NCBI GenBank assembly: GCA_951406725.2 | Contig: OX597827.1 | Span: forward strand, 38,564,001 to 38,628,000 | Direction: 5' to 3' | Source: Octopus vulgaris | Lineage: Eukaryota | Length of the DNA stretch: 64,000 bases | Shown here: positions 24,861 through 35,408 of the stretch, piece by piece | Numbering within the stretch: the stretch's first letter is position 1 | Layout: each line of letters starts with the position of its first letter | The notes under the pieces: generated by a model | Seen by the model: the letters and a program-made list of their open reading frames with translations, nothing else | What the model was told of the DNA's origin: nothing | The model's database searches: none | Translations under genes and position numbers: made by a program

Positions 24861-25682
24861 TAAAAGAACCTGTCACCCATTGATGCATGATTCTTATCAC
24901 AATTTTGATTTCCTCATGAAAATTCCTGTTAGGTGAGTCTAGCATAGGAGCACAAGAGAAATACTTGACCAGTAAACAAACCTCTTTTCTAGCATAATAC
25001 CAGAATCTGGGAGGTGACATCCTCTCCACACATTATTGGAAAATTATATGTGCTTAATGAAAGCCTCTGTGTGCTCACTTGACCTCTAGAAATATCAGCC
25101 AAATGTTCCCCGAATCACACCCTATTGTTTTAAAAGAGTCTTCATCATCATCATTGTTTAACATCTGTTTCCCATGCTGGTATGAGCTGAACGGTTTGAC
25201 TGAAGTCTGGAAAGCCAGCAGCTGCACCAGGCTCCAATCTGATCTGGCAATATTTCTACAGCTAGATGCCCTTCCTAATACCAACCACTCCGTAAGTGTA
25301 GTTGCTGCTTTTTATGTGCCATCGGTACAGGAGCCAGTCAGGCAGCCCTGGCATTGTTCACATTCGGATAGTGCTTTTTATATACCACAGCATGGGATCA
25401 ATCAGGGGTGCTGGCATTAGCCACATTCGGATGGTGCTTTTTATGTGCCACTGGTAAGGACAACAATTTTATGGAGTAGTTAAGGGAGTGAATAATCAGC
25501 TTCAAATGAATAAATAAATAGCCCATCAAATGTATTCATTACTGTCTCACATTTGTACGTATGTATGTGTGCATGTAGCTATGTAGCAAGAAGCTTTTTT
25601 CCTAACCTCATGGATCTGAATTCAGTTCCACTGACCAAAATCTTGTGAGTGGATTTGGTAGATCGAAACTGAAAGAAACCTG

Positions 25683-25724
<42 letters not shown>

Positions 25725-26711
25725 CTATGTTTGTGCCATGCTACCATTTGACAACTGGTTTTGGTGTTTACATCCCCATACCTTAGCGGTTCGTCAACAG
25801 AGACCAATAGACTAAGTGCTAGGCTTTAAAAAAAGTTCTGAGGTCAATTCACTCAACTAAAAATTCTTCAAGGCAGTGCCCCAGCATGGCTGCAGTCTAA
25901 TGACTGAAACAAAAAGATAAAAGACTTATACTATAGACTTCTTTTGGTTTGTCTACCAAATCCATTCACAAGACTTTAGTTATCTCAGAGCTATAGTTGA
26001 AGACACTTATCTTTGGTGCCATGCAGTGGGCCTGAACCTGAAGCTATGTGGTTGGAAAGCAAATTTCTTAACCACAGTCATGCCTATGCCTAAAACAATC
26101 ACTGTGGACAGTCATACATAGATTTTCATTAATAATTTGTCTCACAACATTCACATTACTCTCTGACTTATTTGGACATCCTCTTCTTCTTTCATCATCT
26201 ACAGAGCCAGTTCATTTGAATTTGTCCACTAGTTTACATATTGTTTTATCTGTTGGCTGTGCTTTGTTGAATTTCCTCTCAAACTTATTTTTGATTTCAT
26301 TGTTTCTTTCATTGGACTTAGCAGATAAGTAAGTATTACTACACATTAGTGTTTTTACTTGAAGGGTCTGGAAATGAAAAACATTTAAATTGAGCCATTT
26401 GTATTAAAATAGTACCTGACTTTGTCCACCAGGCTTTGTACAAATAATGAATTGCCAAAGAGATACGTTAAATAAAATCAATACAGCTAATGGAGTAATG
26501 ATTCAAATGAGAAAAAAAATCAGATGAAGTTGTGTATACTCCAGCTGTTTATCTATAAAATGGAAAAGGAAACTAAGTGGTTCATAAGTGTTAGCTGACA
26601 GCTTATATGATAATGAGTTGGTAGATAAGAATGCTTTTGATATAAAAATTTTGTCAATGACAAATAGGAGTTGTGAACTGTCAAGAAGAGTAACAAACAT
26701 TGAACTAACTA

Positions 26712-27193
26712 CATTATTTACATTTGATGGATATTTGTCCTCATCTTGTTTGTTGTTAACACATTTCAACTGATATACCCACCAGCCTTCATCAGGTTCT
26801 TGGGAAAATTTCAAACCTGGGTTCTCATTCCTAAGGTATTTTTCAATGTTGTTGTTGTTATTATTATTCAGATCACTGCCTGGATCGGAATCTTGGGGTT
26901 AGTAGCCCGTGCTCTTAACCACTTCACCATATGTGGGGATAGTGGTTAAGAGCACGGGCTACTAACCCCAAGATTCTGAGTTCGATTCCAGGCAGTGACC
27001 TGAATAATAATAATAATAATAATAATAACATCAAAAAATACCTTAGGAATGAGAAACCAGATTTGAAATTTCCCCAAGATACCTGGAGGGTATATCAGCC
27101 AAAACGTTGTGTTAACAACAAACAAGATGAGGACAAATATCCATCAAATATAAATAATGTACATAATTCCTCATCTCTTAAATATAGAACTGT
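26712..27193. mobile_element. Palindromic insertion of two head-to-head tRNA-headed, hammerhead-bearing units with 13-bp TSD
   Basis: attgaactaacta at 26699-26711 and 27194-27206. Arms 26712-26923 and 26941-27161 are reverse complements, with 36 perfect bp around a 17-nt loop. Confidence 0.85.
26758..26800 (-). ncRNA. Minimal type I hammerhead ribozyme motif (Penelope-type)
   Basis: Minus strand reads aagaac-CTGATGA-A-GGCTG-gtgggtatat-CAGTT-GAAA-tgtgtt. The sister arm (about 27075-27113) supplies CAGCC-aAAACGTT-GTGTT, giving an inferred consensus with stems I and II and a palindromic ACGT stem III. Confidence 0.6.
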
Positions 27194-27576
27194 ATTGAAC
27201 TAACTAGTTTGTATGTGAGTATTTAGTCAACAGTAATACTTGTTTAGTCACATTGTTTTGAATTAATCATGTATTATCTCATAGCTTTTGAGATTTTGAT
27301 GGTGTGGTTGTTTATTTTTAGAACAGTGTTGTAGGGTAGGTATGAGAGGCTGGATATGGCCTGTTTGCACATAAAACAAGAAGAATATTTAGGCTAGATA
27401 TGGCAGGTTTAAATGCAAAGGGGTTAAATGCAGAAATATATTATGGGGGTTAATTCAGAACATTTTAGAGAAACCTAGAAGGAAAAATAACATTTTTATT
27501 ATGATGTAATATTGTATATGTAAAATGATATTCCTGACTTGTATGTAATCTTTGTTTTTGTGTCCTTATTTCACAG

Positions 27577-27663
27577 ATTATCCCTGGGGGTAATAAAACT
27601 GACTACATGAACATCAACATCTCTGTGGCTCTAATGAGAGATATTGAATTTGCCACTATTAAA
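27577..27663 (+). CDS. SPPL2: SPPL2-like exon (IIPGGNKTDYMNINISVALMRDIEFATIK)
   Basis: tttcacag acceptor and AAA|gtaagt donor; 87 nt, phase 0-0. PGGNKT...I.VAL resembles SPPL2B PPGGNKT...IPVAL. Confidence 0.93.
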
Positions 27664-29662
27664 GTAAGTGCAAGTTTCCTTTTCTTTTCACCTCTAAGAC
27701 CTGAGGTGCTTATCAAGTTATTTTCTTATTTAACACTAGCCTTATCACCATTGCTAGTAATCATTTCACTGCACAGAATTAAAACCATATACCACACAAG
27801 CCAAATGAGAGAACTTGTTTATATGTGGTTATCTCACTCTGCTAGAAGTAGCAGCCAGCCGGTCAAAGGAGAGCATCACCAGAATTATCATTTTTATGTT
27901 TGCTTTCCTTGTAGATTAGGTTGGACTGGTCACCATGATCTGAGTGAGTTCTTATTAGGAGCTACTGTATTTGTAGACCACGTCTTGTTTCAGTCTGGCT
28001 TGGTTTCTACAGCTGGACAGCCTTCCTACTACCAATACTTTACAAGGGCACTATGTATATTTTATCAAGGTAGTATCACTACAAACATAGTAATGCTTTT
28101 GACAAGATCAAAGGGTCCTCTCAAATCTAGTCCCTGCTCATTCATTTGCATTAATGTAGTTGCCTTCTAGCCTTATAAGGCTCATTACAAGCCTCAAGAA
28201 ATCTTGTCTAATCTATGCCAGCATTAAAAAAGTGACAATGCTACAGAGATGGACAGGATGGTTATGGGTGGAATGTCTTAGCTCATAGATCTGTTCAGTC
28301 TTGAGACTAAACCACTACCCATTCCCTTCAAAACTTTGTTGCTATGTTATTATTAGTGGAGAGCAGTGAACTGGCAGAACCATTAGAGCATGCAGTATCT
28401 TCTGTTTTTTTTTTTCAATATGGTTTCAAATCTTGCAGAATTCAGCTTTGCCTTTTATTCTTTCAGGTTTGTTAAAGTACTAGTCATGTAATGGGGAGTG
28501 GGGGTTGATAGTATTGACCAAGCCAACTCCTTAAAATTGCTAGCCTTGTGCTCAAGTCAGAAACACTCAAGGTGGCAAGCTGACGGAATCGTTAACATGT
28601 CAAACAAAATGATTAGTGATGTTTGTTCTGACACTTTATTTCTAAGTTCAAATCTCACCAAGGTCAACATTATCCTTTTATCCTTTTTTGGGTCAATAAA
28701 GTAAAGTACCAGTCAAGTACTGGGTTTGATTGGTTCCCATGCTGGTGGCACATAAAAAGCACCATCCAAATGTGGTCGATGCCAGTGGCACATAAAAAGC
28801 ACCATCTGAACATTGTCGATGCCAGGTCTGACTGACTGTCTCCTGTGCCAGTGACACATACAAAGCACCATCCAAACGTGGTCAATGCCAGTGCTCCTGT
28901 GCTGGTGGCACTACACTCTGAGTGGTTAGCATTAGGAAGGGCATCCAGCTGTAAAAACATTGCCAGGTCAAATTGGAGCCTGGTGCAACTGCTGGCTTTC
29001 CAGACCTCAGTCAAACCGTCCAACCCATGCCAGCATGGAAAACAGACATTAAACGATGATGATGATGACTAAAGCCCATCTCCCTCATATTATCCCACCT
29101 TGTACCAAAATTTGAAACTTGTTTTTTTTTAATCAAGTTTTGGTACAATGCCAGTAATTTTAGGATTAAGGCTTTAGCCAATTACAATATTCCCCCCCCC
29201 CAGTGCTTGTCTGGTAATCATCCTAAAGGATGAAAGGCAGTCAACCTCAGCTGCATTTGAGCTCAGGATGTGATCCATCCTTTAAAAAGCAATAAAATAA
29301 GTACTAGTCAGGTGCCAGGGTCAATGTAACCAACTTGCTCCTGTCCCTCAAAACTCCTGGCCTTGTGCCAAAATTTGAAATATTATTATTATTATTATTG
29401 GTGATGAGCTGGCAGAATCATTAGCACACTGAGTAAAATGCTAAGCAGCATTTCATCTAACTTTGTCCTGAGTTCAAATTCTGCCAAGGCTGACTTTGCT
29501 TTCATCCATTCGGGGTCAATAAATTAAGTACCAGTAAAACACTGGGGTTCTCCCCCCAAATTTCAGGCCTTGTCCCTTTAGTAGAAAGGATTATTGTTAT
29601 TATCATTATTATAAAGGCAATTATTGATCTAATAAATAACTTATTTTGTTGTTGTCTTTCAG

Positions 29663-29802
29663 CATCTTGGTGACAATATTAAATGCCAGCTGTACTCTCC
29701 GCAACCAACTCTGTTTGGACTCACGGAAGCTGTTATCTTTCTCCTTGCTCTCATCAGCATTGTCATTGGAAGTTACTGGTCTGGTGTCCTCTTCTACGAA
29801 GA
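29663..29802 (+). CDS. SPPL2: SPPL2-like exon containing TM1 (HLGDNIKCQLYSPQPTLFGLTEAVIFLLALISIVIGSYWSGVLFYE)
   Basis: gtctttcag acceptor and GA|gttagt donor; 140 nt, phase 0-2. LYSP and GSYWSG match family LY[AS]P and GGYW[SA]G. Confidence 0.92.
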
Positions 29803-31975
29803 GTTAGTCTCAACACTTTTCTTCTTTTTCTTTTATCTTGGAGACATTTGTTGTTTTCTTTTGTGTGTGTCTTTTGGTGTTTTTACTCCATTCTGTGTGC
29901 ATATGTTTGTGTTGTTGTTTAGACCCAAGCTAACTCTGATTGAGCTGACAAAATCCAAGGCATTCTTGCCATGACCATTTCATCTTTGTTTTTTTTAAAA
30001 TTTTAATACACCTAAAACTACATTATGCAATGTGTCCTTCCATTTTTTAAAAATAATATGGTGTAATTTCAAAGGAATTTGGCTGCCATTTCTAGCAGGT
30101 TGAGCGACCATGTTGAAGCTCTCTCATCATTTGTGTCTGTATTTGCACATTGTGGAATGGCTGAATGGTCAAGAAGTCCCCTTTGCAATCCTGTAGTTCT
30201 TGGTTCAAGACTGCTGCTGCCACTACACATACATATTCTAGTCACTCCTCATACATCTGGGACCGTACTATTATTCCATAATTAACATTTTAGCCTTGGC
30301 CATCTCTGCTATTGTCAACCACTCCCCTCCTGGTATCACCCCTTCCCCCACTCTTATATCCCTGCCTTCTTCGCATCAGACTCTTGCCCCTCTCACCCTC
30401 CCACCCATTATGGTCTGTAAGATGTCATCACTCTACCTCCCCCTCTACTCCCATTCCACCTTCCCTCTCCTCAGTTACCTGAGTGCACATACATGCCCTC
30501 AGTTATTGAGTATCTATACCTATACTTCCACCCCTATCCCTCCTCCTGCTTGAACCTAGTCTTTCTGTTATCATCATTCCCTCCCCTTTCCCACTTTGGT
30601 CAACATACTTGGCTAATGAGCAGAGTAAGTATCAGGTTGTGAGGTCCCACTAATCTTGTCTTGCCAAGGATTCTTCAACCTCTTCACTACATTTTATAGT
30701 GGTTGGCAATAAGAACAGCATCCAGCTATAGAAACCAAATGGAATGCAGTGGCTACCAATGAAAAGCAACTCAGACTGTGATAGCCAAAGGAAGCACATG
30801 ATCATCATCACTGTTTAATGTCCACTTTCCATGTTGCCATGGGTTGGATGGTTTGACTGAGGACTGGCAAGCCAGGTGGCTGCACTAGGCTCCAGTCTGA
30901 TCTGGCAAGGTTTCAATAGCTGGATGCCCTTCCTAACACCAACCACTCCGAGAATGTAATGGGTGCTTTTCACATGCCACCAGCATGGGAGCCAGTCAGG
31001 TGGCACTGGCATCAACCACGCTCAAATGGAGCTTTTTATGTGCCACAAGATGTAAATAATAATAATAATGATGATAATGACAGCGACATTAAACGTACTC
31101 TTCACACCTATAGAGGACATTGCTGCTGCCACACACCCTAATATTCAGCATCACATTAAAGTACTCTTCAAACTGGAAGAGTGCTGCTGTTTCTATAGAC
31201 AAACATCCTAAATCACATCTAATAGAAAGCCATTTGACTGATCAGTGAAGATTCAGTTTCAGACAGACGTCCATTTCTAGCATGTAGATGTGTTTATTTG
31301 CTCTCTGCATCTTCTGCCATGCTACAACAATGGCAAATGGTCATCTGATCTCGCTTGTTACTCACACTCTCTACTTAAGTCTATCCAGTTCTCCTCCTCT
31401 CATTGACCCTCTGTCTTCCAAGGTCATGCATTAGTTCAATTCCTCCTCCTCAGTACTGTGACCTTCTGGAGCTCCCTATTTATTACTTTTCCTGCAGACA
31501 TGAACTTAAGGGCCTTCTAACTGAAGATCATTTGCTTCAGTCTCACCATTCTGGGATGTCCTGCAGAGGCATTGTTTGTTTGTTTATAAGTTAGTAGAAG
31601 CAAGCAAAATTGTGAAACTAAGGGAGTTAATGACTTACTCTTTAAGATAATTCGAGAGAGGTAACTTCCTTATGACACTCATACCTTTCCCAAGGATATC
31701 GATGGAGTAATTGATAGTATTTGGCCCCCATTGACTTACACATACATACAAGTGATTGTGAGTACTCAACCATATCAGTGTCAGGAACAGATGTAAAAAT
31801 GGTTGAGTGGTTAAGGTAACTGGACTACCAGCTCATTTGTCAAGGGTTCAAATCTGCTGAATGATATTTCTAATGTTCTATTTATATCAGTCTCCAGCTG
31901 GCTGTACAACATGACCTGTGTCCCTATATTTTCAAACAAGGGTATTTAGCGCCTCTACTCAACTCCAAACAATAT

Positions 31976-32018
31976 CTGTGTATCGTGATTTCCAGGTTAT
32001 TTCCCTTCATCAGCACAG
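31976..32018 (-). ncRNA. Minimal type I hammerhead ribozyme motif
   Basis: Minus strand reads CTGTG-CTGATGA-AGG-gaaataa-CCT-g-GAAA-TCACGA-TA-CACAG. Perfect 5-bp stem I, both core boxes intact, near-palindromic stem III and an AUA cleavage triplet. Confidence 0.62.
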
Positions 32019-34194
32019 AATAATTGTTCGGCTAGAGGTGGCACTGCCAAATTCCTGTTCAAAATATATAGTTTACAAAATGACAACTAGTCACTGATCT
32101 ATAAAATAGAAAATTACTATTTGTAAATCTCTCAACAAAAGATATCCATCCTAAACCAGGACTACCATGTTATGTTGGTGAATAATCTTTGCTCTAGAGT
32201 ATTGTTGCTGAATATCCCTCATTGAGAGATTTACAAATAGTAATTTTCTAAAATCTAATATGAACTCTCAAGGGCCATATGGACCCCGGTTGAGATTCAC
32301 TGCTCTAAATGCTTTCTGAGCCCTCAAGTGTTTGTTATGGGCTGCTGCTTAACTCTTGTTTCTTGACATAGTGACTTCTCAAAAGGACACTATTTAGATT
32401 ATAGATAACAATCTCATATAATCTGGTACTTATTCTGGAAAATTCACTAGATTATAGATAACAATCTCATATAATCTGGTACTTATTCTGGAAAATTCTA
32501 AGTGAATTGAAGTAAAGTATTTTAACAAGAAGTACAGTGAAATGTCAGCAGTAGATTTAAATGATTAACCAGTGATCAGGCAGCCCAATGCGTTATCCAC
32601 TCAACTATCTCACTTCTGCCTCTGTGTGTGTGTGTGTGTGTGTGTTTGATTTATTTGAAACAATGAGCTCATCAAAATACATTTAGAATTCATTGATTTT
32701 GATAAAACACATTGACACTTGAAGTTCTTTTATTCCAAGTGGCCCATCATGTTTCTTGGAAAAGATAATCCCATGAATAATTTGCCTATTTATCTCTCCT
32801 GCTCCCTGTGTGTGTGTGTGCGTGCATGCATGCATTAGCATATCTAATATATTATAACTGCTAAATAGTCAAACATAACGAGACATGTTACTCTAAGACA
32901 AATAATGAAGAATTAATCCTTAGATAAGACTTGTTACTGTACTCTATATGGATACATCAACATATGTAACACTATTAGTATTATGATTACTAAAATGTTA
33001 AACCTTATACAAGACACACCACCCTTATTTTTATGAATATAGTAACCTATCTAACATCATATATTAAAGGGGTTAAACATTAAACAAGATACACCACTCC
33101 ACTATATAATGCTAAAGTATTTAACTTTACACAAAACCCACTCCTCTACATTGTATGAATTATTAAACACCTGATGTGCTTCATGGCATACATATGTACA
33201 TACATACATCCTTCCTTCCTTCCTTCCTTTCAGTCCACTGCTAGGTGAAGGCCACAGCATGGTCTCTCCACCAACCAGAATCTAATGTTTTCCTCATCCA
33301 TGCTTGGGTTCCTAAGAATTTAACAAAGTCTTCATTCTAACTTCTGCATGGTCTTTCCCTCCTTTTTTCTGCAGGTGGTTGTCCACTCTGTCAATTTGCT
33401 ATTCCATCTGTTGTCCTTTCTTCTAAACACATGTCCCACAAAAGACCATTTCAGGATTTTTGTTTCCCAGACAATACCCATTAAACCTCAACATCAGCAT
33501 ATCTAATGCTTTTTCTATTGTGAATACTAAAAAATTTAAAGTTTAGACAAAACAGTATTCTACTTTATATAAATACATTAATATATCTAACAATTTTTCT
33601 ATTAATATTAAACTGTTCAATGCTTAGACAAGATGTACCTCTCTACTTTGTATGAATAAGAAACCTATCTAACACCACACATAAGTTCCACAATGTGAAC
33701 TGAATCTGCAATCCCAAGTTTGCTTATCCCTATTTTACTAACACTCTTTGGAAAGGCATGAACACCATTGCTCCAGTCCCCTGGAGTCAATAAAGCTGAC
33801 CATTCAGTAGTTGTCTCAGGTCAACCAAAGCCACATGAGTAAAATATGGTAGGCAGAAACAGTAATGTAGGCCTGTCAGAGGGCCTGTTACTGTTCTTGG
33901 ATCAAAGATTTAATCATTTGATTTAATCCCCTCGTCTGGTCCTTGGATGCCACAAAGCAGAGTCCACTTTATTGCAAATATTTGGGCCAGGTTTCCAGTC
34001 TAAAGATAACTCTCCCTTCCTCCCACCTATCTCCATGGCTCTGAAAAAAAGTTATGGGCATTGCTATCCCTTTGCTGCTTTAAGCCATTAAAAAATATTT
34101 TTTTAAAAATCATGAATGGTCAGTCATTAAATTCATCTTATTTAACTTACTGGTGCATGGCATCTATAAGTATTTGTCTACCTTTCATCATTAA

Positions 34195-34414
34195 CCCTTT
34201 AGCATTTAAACCGGCCATATCTGGTTCATATATTGTACCAGTTTTATGTTAAAACTAACCAGATTCAGCCTCTCACACCTACCCTACAATGATATTCTAA
34301 AAATAAACAATCACATCATCAAATTCTCAAGACTTTAAGATAATACATGATTATTTTTTTTAAATGTGGATACATAAGCATTACATTTGATAAATTAATC
34401 TGAATGCTAAAGGG
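34195..34414 (+). mobile_element. piggyBac-like MITE (TTAA-CCCTTT...AAAGGG-TTAA). Copies at 36545-36763 (+), about 27250-27425 (-), about 42510-42722 (-) and about 44880-45065 (+)
   Basis: TTAA flanks, CCC/GGG termini and shared ggcctctcacacctaccctacaatgtcattctaaaaataaacaatcaca core. Confidence 0.85.
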
Positions 34415-34585
34415 TTAATACAATGAATACTAAACCTTCTAGAACGTTCTGTATAGTTATCCGCCCCACCTCTTTTCCTCGAAGCTCTAATCAAATTAAA
34501 CACCTGTATTTTCTGTTGTGTCTTCAGTTAAAGACCTGCTTACTCTGTGGAGTACTAACAACTTCCTGCTCTTCTTTATTTTCAG

Positions 34586-34636
34586 AACCAATTTGAAAAA
34601 AATTAATGAAGACGTTTCTGAATCGCCTCCCACACG
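34586..34636 (+). CDS. SPPL2: Candidate 51-nt symmetric cassette exon of SPPL2-like gene (adds TNLKKINEDVSESPPTR)
   Basis: TACTAAC branch point at 34553-34559, pyrimidine tract, ttttcag acceptor and CG|gtacga donor. Phase 2-2 matches both neighbouring exons; no stop codon. Confidence 0.62.
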
Positions 34637-35193
34637 GTACGATTCCCTTAACACCAGCAAAAAAAAAAAAAAAAAATTCAAAATCAAAAAGGGCTACTAA
34701 ATTTTTATAGCATTTTTACCTTCTAGAAATATTTAGAACCCCTCAACTTTCACTCACTCACAACCTATTTTTCCTTTGTTTTTGCTATTCTTAGTGTTTT
34801 TCTTTCTTAAGTTACAGATTTTCTGTTATTTATTTATCGATTTTTTTTCAGTTGCAGTCTTTATTCTTTGTTTCATGATTTAACATGCTGCATTGTCATG
34901 CTGTGATTGCACAGCTTCATTAAATATGCATGCTCTTCCACCTCACTCACCCACTGTTCTTATACTAACAGTTAAATGTTGACATTTTCTGTTTTATTTC
35001 GTAGCAGCTGTTTTGGCACTGATTGTAAAATGCTTAGGGTATTTCTTCTCTTGTCCACCTGTTCTCAGTTCAAATATCACTGGTATAAGTAATATAAATA
35101 CCAGTAATATTCTATTACAACTCTTCTACCTAAAGAGAAAAATCCGTCTAGCACAGCTGGACTAAACGTCTTGCAATATTAAGTCTTGTTCCT

Positions 35194-35408
35194 AAGGCGG
35201 TGAGCTAGCAGAAATGTTAGCATGGCAGGTGAAATGCTTAGCGGTATTTCATCTGTCTTTACGTTCTGAGTTCAAATTCCACTGAGGTCGATTTTGCCTT
35301 TCATCCTTTCAAGGTTGATAAATTAAGTACCAGTTGCGTACTGAGGTTGATCTAATTGATTGCCCCCCTCCCCCCAAAATTTCAGGCATTGTGCCTAAAG
35401 TAGAAAAG
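35194..35408 (+). mobile_element. Full-length Deu/Nin-like tRNA-SINE with 17-bp TSD
   Basis: aatattaagtcttgttc (35175-35191) and aatattaagtcctgttc (35409-35425). Confidence 0.88.

Noticed and set aside
26935-27000. Functional tRNA-Ser(ACT) gene; also tRNA-like stretches at about 30153-30222 and 31800-31855
   Set aside because: I could not form a complete cloverleaf or see a pol III terminator, and they sit in repeat context. They are better read as SINE heads or pseudogenes.
27607-28170. 187-aa ORF as a standalone gene
   Set aside because: Only the part up to 27663 is exonic; the rest is read-through past a consensus GTAAGT donor into intronic repeats.
35005-35038. Possible extra exon after the TACTAAC at 34963
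   Set aside because: No donor gives a phase 2-2 exon, and the sequence resembles a decayed SINE head.
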